From the IMG/VR virus record IMGVR_UViG_3300030102_007485, positions 1-64,000 of that record: 64,000 bases of DNA. One strand, written 5' to 3'. This document shows, piece by piece, positions 47,304 through 60,100 of the stretch (the first letter of the stretch is position 1; every line of letters begins with the position of its first letter). A program made the translations under genes and the position numbers. Below the pieces are notes generated by a model. That model saw only the letters and a list, made by a program, of their open reading frames with translations, was not told the DNA's origin and searched no databases. The stretch is from a virus.

Positions 47304-47976
47304 GAACAACTATTTTACAAAAGTTCATGAAAATGCCATTGTAGAATATACGCATACCGACTGCCCTAAGCGTAGGACTGAACTTTATGTAGATTTCATT
47401 GGACCCGCATTCAATGAGATGGTTGATAAAATAACCTATACATATAAGTTTTCAAATCTTCCAAACATTGATCCACTAAAAGAAGAGTGTAAAATATGGT
47501 TAACAACCATATTAGATAAGTATGATCAGAGTAAAGGTTCGAAAGCATTTTCGTACTTTAGTGTGGTCACGAAGCATTGGTTCTTTCACAAGGTAAAGAA
47601 AAACGCCACACGACAAAGGAGAGAAGTTTCCTATGAGGAGTTAAATGAAACCTCTGGTTCAGACCTCAAAGAAGTGCGCATCGACGGTCAAGAATACCTC
47701 TCACAAAGAGAGGAAGCAGAGTTCTGGAACAGTTTATTTTCCCAGGTCAACAGGTGGGACGACAACAATCTTAAAGAAAATGAGAAAAAAGTTTTAGATG
47801 CTGTTAGGATATTGATGGAAAACGTAGATGAAATTGACATGTTTAACAAAAAAGCAATTTACCTATATCTAAGGGAAATAACGGGACTAAAAACCAAACA
47901 AGTCGTTAGTAATTTGAAAAAGATACGAGAAAAATATAGGATATTTAAGATTAAGTGGGATCGTGGTGAAGTATAA
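47266..47976 (+). CDS. Phage late sigma factor-like protein (gp55-like)
   Basis: NYFT, KYDQSKGSKAFSYFS (sigma region-2-like) and a C-terminal HTH-like LREITGLKTKQV. Confidence 0.6.
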   Translation: MKQTTTRRRKRTKNNYFTKVHENAIVEYTHTDCPKRRTELYVDFIGPAFNEMVDKITYTYKFSNLPNIDPLKEECKIWLTTILDKYDQSKGSKAFSYFSVVTKHWFFHKVKKNATRQRREVSYEELNETSGSDLKEVRIDGQEYLSQREEAEFWNSLFSQVNRWDDNNLKENEKKVLDAVRILMENVDEIDMFNKKAIYLYLREITGLKTKQVVSNLKKIREKYRIFKIKWDRGEV

Positions 47977-48000
47977 TTATAGAACAGCGATAATTACAAC

Positions 48001-48288
48001 ATGAAAGAAGTACAAGAATACTTAGAAGAAGCAATTCAAAATATCAAGCACGACCGTGCAGCAACAAAATCATTGTTGATGACTTTGATGAAGTACATGC
48101 AAATATCCGAAGATCGACATAAAGAGGTCGGTCTAATTGCTGCGAAGTACCTTGAGACGTTGCAACGTTCAAACGAGCAGTTGGTCAAGATCACCGGGAT
48201 AGTCTCCAGGAAGGCATCAATCTCAGATACAATAACAGAACAGGATAAGCAGGACTTGTTTGATATTATAAACTCAGAGGAGGAATAG
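48001..48288 (+). CDS. Hypothetical coiled-coil protein, leaderless
   Basis: GATAATTA-CAAC-ATG. Confidence 0.7.
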   Translation: MKEVQEYLEEAIQNIKHDRAATKSLLMTLMKYMQISEDRHKEVGLIAAKYLETLQRSNEQLVKITGIVSRKASISDTITEQDKQDLFDIINSEEE

Positions 48289-48290
48289 AT

Positions 48291-50030
48291 GTGTCGCTGG
48301 ATGATTTCTTGGTGCCTGATGGGTTGAATCCACGGTCTAAAAAAGATTTTCTTTTTAACGGCGTTGCAGTGTCAACTATCCCTGGAACCCACTTGGGTCC
48401 TAACATTTTGGCAGAAGCCGCAAGACTATCAAAAGAAGATAATACAAAAATATTGAATGAAAACTCGAACTTTGCTTTGGCGGTTGTACTCAGAGCAGAG
48501 ATCGCGGAAGATCCGCGATCTGCATCTGCCTGGTTGCGCGGTCACGCCAGGAGGTTTCAATTGCAACCTCCCGAGGGTAGTTCACTAGTTATATGCCAGG
48601 TGTATGCTGCCAGTGATAAATATCATTGTGGCGCTGGCAGTGTTCGGATAGATGGTTCTTCAACTCCAGTTTCTTCCCAGGTTGCTAAATCTGCCGAACC
48701 CTTCACTTCACAACCCATTCAAACAAATAACGACGGGCATGAACAGTTTTCACCAGCATTTTATGCCTTGGTGCCACCTGCAAGTGTGCCACCCGTAGGA
48801 TCTGTCATTGAGGTTAGGTACTTGTCAGATGAACCTTATGGTTCTGGCGTATGGCGTCTCCACGGCGGACAATTATCCAATATCCCAGGAATTTTTGAAA
48901 ACAATGCTCTAAGTTCTATGGGTCTTGCTGAAAATGGATTGCCTTACTTCGGAGGCGAAATGTCGCCAAAGGATCCAGGTCATCGTTGGGAGGTAAAGGT
49001 CAATGACCCGCCACAGGTAAAGGTCGCAAAACAAGAGTATAACAAGTGGGGACCTACAGGGGCAAAGCAGTATTGTAATTCGTGGGCACACAAAAAAGAT
49101 CTCTGTGGAGACAAGGATTATTACTATAGGGATTGGAACTATCAAACCTGGAACGCCATCGCAATGTACTGGAAAGATGGTGCAAAATCAAAATTTTGCG
49201 TAAATTTAACAATTGAGGATCAAATTTATCTTAAAAACAATATCGTTAGACTGCCTAACGGTAGCACTCGTTCTCGCGCTGATATGCATTGGAGTGGTGC
49301 TTTTATACAGTTCTGTATGAGGACTGATCCGTTTTTCAAGGACATGGTGTGGCCAACAGAGGATCGACAAGGCGTAAAACAGGCAGAAAACAGGGGATTG
49401 CACTCAAGATACATACGCGGATCAATGTATAATACGTTCAAGGTTTTAGATGGTTACGATCTTAAACCAGGCGAGTATGTGTATATCCCAATGACAAGTA
49501 AAATGTCCCCCCTCTATATGAAAAGAGACCATGGATTCGGATCCCAGTTGCAAAAGTTAGGTGTCAACGCCAAGGCAATGGTGAAAGGCAATTACGCCAC
49601 CGAAGAGGTAATGAGGTACAAGAGTGGTGATATATGTCAAAAAATATCTAAATTGCCGAAATCTAAAAAGGATAAGACCTTAATTGACAAATATCATGGA
49701 GACATTGCGGTGGAGGACCAACCAGATGGAAAGACCATCCCAGGTGATAGACCCGAGAATTGGAAACTAGTTGGAAAAGTCTCAGACAAGAGGTTCACAG
49801 ATGCAAAGTTAAAGAAACTACATGGTTTTCGAATCGGTGGAAATGTTGGCGGTGCTGTCGCGCCCCAGTTAACTGCACCGTGTGCAGGGTATACAACCAA
49901 CAGAAGAGAGGTTATTGAAGCGCTTCGAAAACTTGGCAAAGATTTGCGCGGCAAGGGCACAAATATAATAACGTGGTTCAGGGCTCCAGAAAACCTTGGC
50001 AAAAGCGCAGACCAAAGGGCAACATACTAG
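48291..50030 (+). CDS. Baseplate-region protein with a DUF2272/CHAP-like domain
   Basis: HWSGAFI, HSRYI, HGDI and IGGNV motifs. Confidence 0.55.
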   Translation: MSLDDFLVPDGLNPRSKKDFLFNGVAVSTIPGTHLGPNILAEAARLSKEDNTKILNENSNFALAVVLRAEIAEDPRSASAWLRGHARRFQLQPPEGSSLVICQVYAASDKYHCGAGSVRIDGSSTPVSSQVAKSAEPFTSQPIQTNNDGHEQFSPAFYALVPPASVPPVGSVIEVRYLSDEPYGSGVWRLHGGQLSNIPGIFENNALSSMGLAENGLPYFGGEMSPKDPGHRWEVKVNDPPQVKVAKQEYNKWGPTGAKQYCNSWAHKKDLCGDKDYYYRDWNYQTWNAIAMYWKDGAKSKFCVNLTIEDQIYLKNNIVRLPNGSTRSRADMHWSGAFIQFCMRTDPFFKDMVWPTEDRQGVKQAENRGLHSRYIRGSMYNTFKVLDGYDLKPGEYVYIPMTSKMSPLYMKRDHGFGSQLQKLGVNAKAMVKGNYATEEVMRYKSGDICQKISKLPKSKKDKTLIDKYHGDIAVEDQPDGKTIPGDRPENWKLVGKVSDKRFTDAKLKKLHGFRIGGNVGGAVAPQLTAPCAGYTTNRREVIEALRKLGKDLRGKGTNIITWFRAPENLGKSADQRATY

Positions 50031-50031
50031 G

Positions 50032-51102
50032 ATGAGTACTAAGGCAATTAGGGGTCCGGTCGTATTAAAGAAGGAGGGGGTTGGATACTCTGAAAAGGCA
50101 GAAGAGTGTCCAGAGTATAACGCACGCGATGGCGATTGTGTGATAGACGGCCGCGGCATTGTAAACAAGGGAACTGCTTATGCAAATAATAACGCGTCAA
50201 TTGTTCTAGGTCGCGACCGAGGAATGACAGGGACTGTGTTATCGGGATACGGCGGTGCTGCCGACGAGGGCACCGGTACAATTGATATTGTAGCAGGAAG
50301 AATGTCTCCAGTTCCAAAAAGTAAATCTCCGAGTGGTCAAAAATACATTAATGATCCAATATTTACATACGCTTTTGCAGCAAAGGAAGGAATCAAAGAT
50401 GATCGAGGTAATACAGTAAACTACTTTACCGACGCTTCTAGAATCTATGTAAGTCAAAAAACCGATGTAGACTATAATTTTAGAATCTCTGCTGGACGTG
50501 TAAACCCTTCGCCAAGCCGCGGTCAGAACCCGGCAAGTGCAATAGTCTTGCAATCAGACGACTTAAGGTTCGTTTCAAGAAGAGGTATTAAACTAGTAAC
50601 GTTAGGATCTAGAGGGTATGGAGAGATCCCTGTTCAAACATCATTGGGTGCAAGGGTAACGAAAACTTATGGTATTGAACTGCTTGCAGGCAATGGATAT
50701 GACGCAAATGGTGAGGCACTTGAGGCAGAACCACTGGTAAGAGGAAAGCAACTTGCGCACTGTTTTAATGAACTTGCAGTACGAATAGAAGAGGTGCAAG
50801 ATGGATTTTTTAAGTTTATGAAAGATCAGATACAATTAAATAATCTTCTGATGAACCACACTCATGGGGAGACTTTTGCCGGCGCAATTACCCTTTGGTC
50901 TCCATCTGCCCAAGGTGGTGCTTTGCACGCGAACATTAGTGCCATAAAGAATGCTTTTTCGCAACTCCATTCAGGTATGAATTTGTTGGACTGGAGAAAA
51001 GAGTGGTTGGGTCTAGAAATAAAGAATACTGTCTCTGGAGAAACCAATTCTGCTGTTGGCGCATCTGCTAAATTTAATAGCAAATATAATTCAACTAATT
51101 AG
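50032..51102 (+). CDS. Baseplate hub/spike (gp5 C-terminal-like) protein
   Basis: NNASIVLGRDR, IVLQSD, EPLVRG..L and HTH (His-Thr-His); located before gp25. Confidence 0.55.
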   Translation: MSTKAIRGPVVLKKEGVGYSEKAEECPEYNARDGDCVIDGRGIVNKGTAYANNNASIVLGRDRGMTGTVLSGYGGAADEGTGTIDIVAGRMSPVPKSKSPSGQKYINDPIFTYAFAAKEGIKDDRGNTVNYFTDASRIYVSQKTDVDYNFRISAGRVNPSPSRGQNPASAIVLQSDDLRFVSRRGIKLVTLGSRGYGEIPVQTSLGARVTKTYGIELLAGNGYDANGEALEAEPLVRGKQLAHCFNELAVRIEEVQDGFFKFMKDQIQLNNLLMNHTHGETFAGAITLWSPSAQGGALHANISAIKNAFSQLHSGMNLLDWRKEWLGLEIKNTVSGETNSAVGASAKFNSKYNSTN

Positions 51103-51140
51103 TAATTATATGTAGTAATACACAAGTGAATTAAAGGGTT

Positions 51141-54100
51141 ATGACTCAAAAAGTACACATTGGATTGTCAAAGATAAAGTTTGAACCATCTTTAGGTTTC
51201 TCCTTCTCAGCAGACGAGTATATGACTCCTGGTGAGCACCATGTGGATTTCCTTGTCTTTAAGGATTTTCTTTCAAGGAAGGTTTTAAAGTCACTATATG
51301 TCTTTGGATCTGTTGATGGGATGCTTGGAAATAGATCCACGGAATCTGCACGACCCTCAATGAGAAAACTCTCCATGGATGAGGGTAATAGGTTTTGTGA
51401 AAAGACTGTAAGAGCAATCAAGGCATACCAACTATTAAACAGAAGGTCAATATTGCATTATGGTCAAAAACATTTTTCCTGGGCATCAACAACCCCAGAG
51501 CAATCAAAAAGTCTGCACCCCGGAGAAGTTTCAAAAATAATGACCAATGACTTCAAGATTGCGTCAACTCCCGACTTTTCCAAAGAGTTCGGTTTGTTGG
51601 GACCAGCAACAATTGCTGTTATGTTGGGTTATCGCTTTCATAGGACTCACATTAATCCTGATTGGAACAAAGGTCTTGTTGTAGACAATGGTGTTGCTGC
51701 GTATGGGTCTATGGTGGAATCAGACCAATCCAACAACTTCTTTTCAAGTTTGTCATCAAGGCAAAAAAGAAGAGCGGAAGAGTTTGATCGAATTTATAGT
51801 CTGAGAAAAGAATACCAGGAATATAAGAAAAACTCGCCCGCCCCTTCAGAGCAAGATAAAAAGAATTTCTTAGACGCAAAAGGCGTAAAGTATCAGTTCA
51901 TGGAAGATTTGGGTGACACCACATTTTCACTCATTGAACAAGAGGCGGATGTCAGGATTTCATACACACCAATGACCGATACTCCTGATGACGGTGAGAT
52001 TTTAGTCGTCGAATCGGTCATGACAAGAAAGTTGTACGACAAGGTCTATAAAAGTTCACCAACCATGAAGTTTTCACCTGCAACTGCTAGTAGTCTACTT
52101 GATTCCTTGCGGGCTTTTGTGAACCGCCGAAAAGGTCTTGAGGGTGCAAACGGGTCTTCTGTTTCTCGATCTGGCATGACTGCAAAAAAGGCGGTTGATA
52201 TATTATCAAAACCGCAACCTTCCGCACAAGGAGACGATCCTTGGATCGGAACTGGAGAGGTCAAAAATTTTGTGCACATATATGTAGACTCTGACTACAC
52301 CATTGAAGAAGAAGCGGAACTATATGCCCGCTTTGGGGGCAAGGTTGCAACGAAGACTCCTCCTTTAAGAAAGCGTAAGCAGAAGGGACTAAAAAAAGAT
52401 GATGCCTTTGTCAAGGAGATTCAGTTTGCCCTTCTTGTCAACGGTGTTTTAGACTCTTTTGATGTACCTGTGATAGAGTCAGAAAAGGAGCGAGTTCAAC
52501 TGAGAGTGGAGGATTCATCAGATGCTGTTGTTAGTCTTTTTAAAGAATCTGGGGTTGATCTCGACTCGGCCCGAATAGCGGTCGCACAACAAAACGATCA
52601 ATTACCGCCAGATGCACAGGGTGACATGAGTTTTTCTTTCGACATTGGTGATGCTGACAAGGAGGGTCACACTGTCCCGGTTTCAGAGTTCAAAAACAGA
52701 CCCACGGGACATATAACATACCTTGAGTACTTGCTGTATGTTGATGGAAAGTTTGGACAAGGTACAGAGTCTGCCGTAAAAAGTTTTCAGTCTAACCATG
52801 GGTTGAAGTCTGATGGGGTTGTAGGTACTCTAACTTATCGCAAGATCTATCAAGTCCATGGAGACAAACTGAGCAAATATGGTTTTGAGAGCATTAAGGA
52901 CACCCTTGGTGCCAGAGCGGAAGTTGCAAACAAGAAGCATGACTACAAGTACTTGACAAGAGATTTGTCTCGTAAAGCGCTGCAGAAAGTTTTTGCTTAT
53001 TATAAAAAAGAAACAACCTGGAAGTTAAATCTTGCTGACCCTGAGATAAATGACATATATCCTGGAAAGTACAACCCAACTTTGACACAACCAGTCACTT
53101 TATCAATCAACGATGACACTTTATTTGATTTTGAGGACGTTGATGCAGAACCATTTAGAACCATTCACGAAGAAATTGACCTTCCAGAATCTTTTTGTAC
53201 AGTAAGGTCGCAACTCAGACCACTTTCTGACATTATGGCAAACTTATCTAATGATGTCGAAGCAAAAAGGAGTTATTGGGCAACAGAGTCTGTAGCAGAC
53301 TTTTTTATACCTCCAACTAGACCTGGAGGTTATTTTATGGTTGAATATGTGATAGATCGTAAAAAATTAGATCTTGTTTTATCGAAAACAGATGCAAAGG
53401 TTGTTGATGCAGTAGATGCTGGGATTATGGCATTTGAGACTGCTGCTGTTATTTATGACAAGGTTTCAAAGTTCTTGGAAGACCCCTCCGCGGCATATGA
53501 ATTAGCAGAAGAAAAGGTTTCCAAGGCAATTGACGACTATGCTTCCGCTAAAATTGAAGCAATAAGTGAATACAAGAGAGATGCAATCAAGAATGCAGGA
53601 AAGAATACAAGAAATGCTTGGAAAAAACTAAGGAAGAAAAAACAAAAAGATCGAAGGAACCGTTTACTCAAAGAGCGCGCTGCCAAAAATGCAAGTCAAA
53701 TACAATCAAGAGATGTTCAACTTTTGGGTGGAACAGCAAAGTTTGAAACTCGCTTGTTTAGGAAAAAGATAGACAAGGTTGCCAACAAGATGATTGATCT
53801 GAATCAATCTTTTCAGGACATGAAAAAGGAGCAGAGCAACATCCAAGCAACAAACAAAGACTTGGGCGCTAGAGGGTACTCTCACAAAAAAAAGGAAGAC
53901 CCATTTCAGTCTTATAGCGACTTTTTAAATATGAAACCCGAATTAGATTTAAAGAAGGATGCAGAGAGATTGAGGGAAATACCTGGTGCTATGGAGACTT
54001 TTTTAAAGTTAAATGGACAACATCTTGAAGATAAGTTCAATAGGTTTTTGGAGTTTGATTTTGCAAAAGTCCGTGATAGGTACGGCAATATATTGGGTGC

Positions 54101-57100
54101 AAAAATCAAGAGCATATATTTTGTCGGACAAAAACCAGCGGACTATATTGATGAACAGGTCTCCACCGCCGCGGCCTTTGCGGGATCAGAAGAGTCTTTT
54201 CGTGCGTCCCGTCGCAAGTTGGAGCACGGGTTTGATGCACTTATTAAAAAGTCTCCTTTTAACGATCATAGGATAATGTCCTACTTTGCGCAAATGAATG
54301 TTATCGATAAGGAACTGTTCAAATCTGCCTGGGGTTCCCGCTGCGGCGAATATGAGACACTGCCTGTCATGGACTTTATCAGCAAGTATGTTTATCCTGC
54401 ACCTGGTATCTCTTCATTGACTAACGATGCCACGCCTGTAAATAAAAAGACAAGTTCAGGAAAGCCTGTAATTACAGTAAAGGAGAATATAGAAGAGAAT
54501 GTAGGGTTGATGTTCTCTCAGTTAAAGACGTCTGCTCAGCGATTGACTGAGCAAGCGTCTGTTACTGCTCAAAATGTGGACTCTTTGGTGCAATTTAAAA
54601 AAGGAAAAACATATGACGCAAACGACCTGTTACCACTTGGCGAGTTGTGTACGTGGGAAGAGATAACTCAAAAGTTCATAAACACTTTCGATTTTAAGTC
54701 GTACTGGTGTGAATTTAGTGCGTGCTTGCCTGATATACCGTGGCCAATTGTTATTGATTTGACGTTTGATATCCCAAAACTTCCAAAACTTCCAACTTTA
54801 AAGCAGTTGAGGATCATATTCGACCAACTCTATATCAGTTTGGTGGAGATGCTGGTGCGCTTTTTTTGCACTTTGATTAATAAATTGCTTGATTTAATTA
54901 GATTTCCAAACTGTGATGAAATTTTTGAGGCAGCACTTTTTGGTGCAGCAAGTCTTGTGAACGCAATTCAGGAGCACGACAGTATGGAGACCCCTGTGCC
55001 AATTGGGTCTTACGACATTTCATCGCAGTTTTTGAGAGGGGTCGACCAGTCTAATTTTAATTCCAGCAAAACGAAGGTTCAAAAAAAGATGTTAAACTCT
55101 TTGACGTCTTATGGGATTCCTGCAGAACTTTTATCTGACCCAGACTCTGGAGTTAACGGATCTTCGATGACTGATATGATAAATGATCTTTCTGCCCTGA
55201 TGAGACCAACAGAACTGACCTCTCTTCTGCGCGGTAATGCAACCCCAGAAGTTTTGACAATAATCGTAAATTACATAGATATGAACATACCTGCTTTGTC
55301 TGAATATCTAAGTAGTGAAAATTCAATACAAGATTTTTTCTCTAACTTGGGTGGACTGATTGATGTAGAGGTTTTGAACAGAATAGACAAGATACCTCAA
55401 ATTCTGGCAGAGAACAGGTTCTGTCCGGAAACCGTTGACGCAAGATCCAGAATTATAATGGGTGATCTTTCTGAGGATCAACTCAGGTCGGCAATAAATG
55501 CACACAACTCAAAGAGTACTCAAACTGCTGAAGCAGTCCGAGCGATGATGACCGACAATCCGATTGCAAGTGCTATGGGTGACCTTTATAATCCAGGAGA
55601 TCCTAATGCAATTATCTCCGACGTGCCTGCACCGATGGTTGAGATAATTGAGAGTACAGCAAAATCAATCTTTGAAGTGCCAAAATTTTCTTTTATTGCC
55701 GATGTTTCAAGGTATACAGACCTGTTGTACGATCAGGCGAGCAGACCACTGGAGTACGAAGACCCAGAATTTAATTTAGATATAGAAAACAAAGCATTAG
55801 AAGCGATAGAGATTCTAACAAAAAACGAGGCAGAAATAAGAAACGCCCTTACAGGTGCAAATGTTGTTCGTAAATGGAGGTTGCGAGAACGACTTTACGA
55901 AAAATTCCATTATGATGTTTTTGTGGTCGAAAAGAAATTCAAAACCCAAAGGCGTAAACGCAACCGTCAAGGGTCTACAAAACTGGTTACTACAGTTAAA
56001 TTGTATCCGGAAGTTTCTGATGAGTTGATGCAACAACTTAAGAGTGGTGCACTGACTGACAGTTGTGGTGGCGTTACCGATTTGAACGAAAATGGAAGAA
56101 CCGAATTTCATTTTCTAATAAAAAGAATTGGTTCCTATAACTCAGATCTTTCCCCTGGTGTCCCTTCTTTTGAGAACTTGCAGTTAGAATTGGTAAACCA
56201 AGTGTTTAAGTTGTCGAATTATGTACCAGACTTTTTACCAACAGGTGCTTCCCTCATGGTTAAACCCCAAAAAGAAGACGAAGATGGGATTTTAATCCCT
56301 AATGCTCCGATTCTGCGCCGCGATGATGGTACTGCTATAAAATCAAGTTTGAACATGAACGACGTGTCGGAATCGGAAAAGACTGGATTGATTCGTCAAA
56401 TTACTGACTCAATTGTAACCAGGATCACTGAATTGCAAAATGCTGTAATGAGGCACCTGGAAGTAAACATGTCAGATAAGAATGATTCTGCTCTTCTCCC
56501 CGAGATCAGAAAGTACTATGATCGATCTGAAGAGACCAGAAGAGAGAGAGGTCTGGTCGGTGACGAAGAAGAGTTCTTTAGGGTGGTACCAAGCGCAACA
56601 GCAGACGGTTTTAGTTTTGAGTTGTCTTTGCCAAAAAGATTTCAGTCGTCTCTGGTTTATGAGGAGGTGGCTTCTGAGGGAGACGAAGACTTGTACAGAA
56701 TAGTCATAAACGATCAGGTGCTGATGAAATCCTCAGAGAATTTTTATGGATGTGACATTTTACCACAAGAATATGCCCGTCCCCCCGGCGTGTCTTCTCT
56801 TGCCAAGAAGGGAATATACGTGGATATTGTGCGTCGTTCGATGGTAGATCATTTTAAAAGGTATCAAAGGAGTGAGGGATACGGTGCGGCACTGTCCAGT
56901 CTTAGACGGGCATTTACCCGAGATTTAGAATCCCCTGGTCAAATTGCAGATCAATTGCACGAAGACTCGTACAACAGTACTTTTGAAATGTTTTTTGAAG
57001 AAATCATGGACCAAATGTCTGACTCTAGAATCTTTAATGATCCTGAGTATATAGAAAAACTAGATGTCAGAATAAGAGGTGCAAGAGAGTATGATAAAAA

Positions 57101-60100
57101 TGGATGCCTAGTTAGATCAACTAAGGGTCTTATAGATTTTGAGGAAATTGTAAAAAGTGCTTCTTCTCGTGTTCTTTCGGCATTTAATGACCCCTCCTTC
57201 CATCCGTCCAAGATGGAATTTAATGCTGGGTCCATGGGTCCGTTTGAGAAGGGTATAATTCATTCTGCGATATATTTGATGGTCAATTTTTTGCTAATCG
57301 AATTTGCGCTGCGAGGCGGCATTGCCTTTTCATCATTTTCTCCAAATGCTCTGTTTGGAAAAGAATCAAGTGGTGCAAACGATAATTTTCTTCATAATTA
57401 TTTGGTCAATTTTATATCAAATAGTCTGTCGCAAGTGATGGTTAGTGCAAACGTAGCGTTCCCTGAATCAACTAAGATAACAGACAAGACTCTTTTGTAC
57501 CCATTCAGAGATGTCTTTATGAATCACTGCGTAGAGTACGTTCGAGTTGTATCTCCAAGCACTGTTAGCACGAGTGATAAATCTGCAAATCAAAAGAGTG
57601 CAATTTCCTATATTGTCAACGAGGTGATAAAAGAAGGTCAACTAATTGATATGATTGAGGGGCTTTTTCACGGCACAGAGCAGGAAAAGAAACCCTTTGT
57701 TAAAACTTTCCTGGAAAATTCACAAATTTTGTCCATACCAGAGGAGACCACTCCAGATGGAATGTGGAAACTAAGTGATGTGGAAGAACCAGAAAATGCC
57801 ATAGAAAAGGGTCGGTTCTTGTTGCAAAAGTATATAAGGGTTACAGGACCTGCCGCTTCAAGAGATTTGTCTCAATATACTTTTAGTGAGGAGTTCTTGT
57901 CTAAAAAGGATGAAATACTTCAGCGTCTTAGGGAGGTGGATCCCAATCAAGATTTGTTGGTAGATGATCCAGTTGCTGTCGCTGATCGAATTGATGCAAG
58001 AATTGATGTTCTTGAGGAAATGGAACCTCTACCTGGCGCTGCCGACGATGATTACAGAACACCTTTGGAGAATGAGCAAACGGAAGTAGTTTCAATCGAG
58101 GAACTCAATAGTTATTTGAGAAACTCGTACCAAGGGTCCTTTAATGAAGAATTGTGTAACTTGTTAGGTCTCATTTACACAGAAGACCCAGAGAACCCCT
58201 GTTTTTTGATGCCGGAAGCATTCACTCGTTTTCCAGGCAAACTTATTAAGAAAAACTTTAAAAGATATAAGATTGACAGAGGTTTTACCGTTCGTAATCA
58301 AGGTCAGATTGAGGGAATTGGACTTCGCTTCCGATACAGGGATTGGGTTGGCCGAGGGCGCAGTGGGTGGAAAGACGAGGAAGAACTACTTGCATACAAT
58401 GCAAATCCTCCTCTAGACCAAGCTGGTCGCCCAATGGTCGGGGGTTTTAACGATAGAAATGTTGTAAGATCCCGCGATGTGCGTTTTTCCTATGAAGTTG
58501 ATCAGCAAAACGGAGATCGAGGATTCTTCAATGATGTTTTTGACCAATCCCTACTATCAGATGCTAATCAACCGGAATCCTCTCTTTATAGTACAGGTAT
58601 ATTCTCGAAACTTGGTCGCGCAGGACAATTGGGGGCACTTGTTCATGTGGAGGATGCTGATCCTGAATATTTAATGCTTGAAGAAGATGTTTGCAAGATC
58701 TCATCTGATTTCGGAAAAGAGGGCATAACTAAGATTTTTGAGGGGTATTCTGCTGGTGGTTTTGTAGCCGAGCGAGAAGATCTGTTACTAACTGCAGAAA
58801 TGAAAAACTTTTCGGAATCTTTTACACCAATCATCGGGGCAGGAATTCAAAAACCTAAAGGACCGGAAACATTCTCTCTACTCAGCATGGGTCAGGGCGA
58901 GAAATTGAAACAAGGAGTGGTCGATGCAGTGCCCTTTATGGACAGTGCCTTTAACACATACCAGAATTCTCCAGACTTGATTCCGCTCGACATGCTCACT
59001 AACCGGTCTAATTCTTTGCAAGAAGGTGGGGACTACAGTTACGGATCATCCCACCCTAAAATTGAGGATCTTGGTCCTCGCGGTATGAGGAGGATGGAGC
59101 AAAATGACAATCCTCAAGAACAGTTGTTTGGTTGGAAGAAGGGAAAGATAACCGAAGAAGAATTCAATCAATATAGGTCCATGGAAAACCTTTCGGATGG
59201 TTTAAGACCTAGGTTGCAAAACGATATTAAAATACTAGGTCCAAACGATGTTTATGAGGAATGGACACATTACCTTATAGAGGATCCAGGATACGTTTTT
59301 GGACATCCCGGAGAATCTTTGCACCATCCAGAAAGCATGGGGTGCATGATGGACCCATATCACTTTGATGGAACCGACGCCCCCCGCGATGAATATGGTG
59401 ATGACTGGTCGTACGTCCATCGTCATTGGGTAGATAGAGCGTTTTTAGAATGTTGTCGTGCCATTGAGGACAAATCTCTCTTGACTGATGAGAGTAAAAA
59501 GCAATCTCGGGTTGGTCAATATTGGGGTTGGGGTTTTGCAAGGTTTAAGCGCCATGGTACCGGGCAAGGACGTAACACCGACCGGTACAATCCGGGACAT
59601 GGTCGCTATGATCAGGTTTTCCGATTTAACCATGAAAAGCGTTGGGACGGCAGTAAGGAGAAAGCCACAGAGCATCGACGGAGAATTAGACAGTTTCCTA
59701 ATCGTGCGGCAATCATGGTCAGACCATTGGGGTACCAAAACGAGTCTTACGAGCATGAAAAGACTAACGAATTAGGGGCAAACGAGTATGCTTCCCCTTT
59801 AAAGATATTGGTAACCAGGATAGACTATAAGATTGGGGATACAGTTTTACACTCTGATGTTTACATGGGGTCAGAATATAATGACGGCGGTATATTGGCA
59901 GGGTCTGATCTTCGTGCCTCGCATACGGAGAACGAATATCGCTCCTTAATGCTGTCCGAAGCAATAAACAGACTTATGATGGAGTGGGTTGAGAATAATA
60001 CATCTGCAATTAATCTTTATAATGGAGAGGTGTCTAGCGATTTTCTTCGTGACAACTTGCGAAAAAGAATTGAAGAATATGTAAGTATGTATGTTTCTAA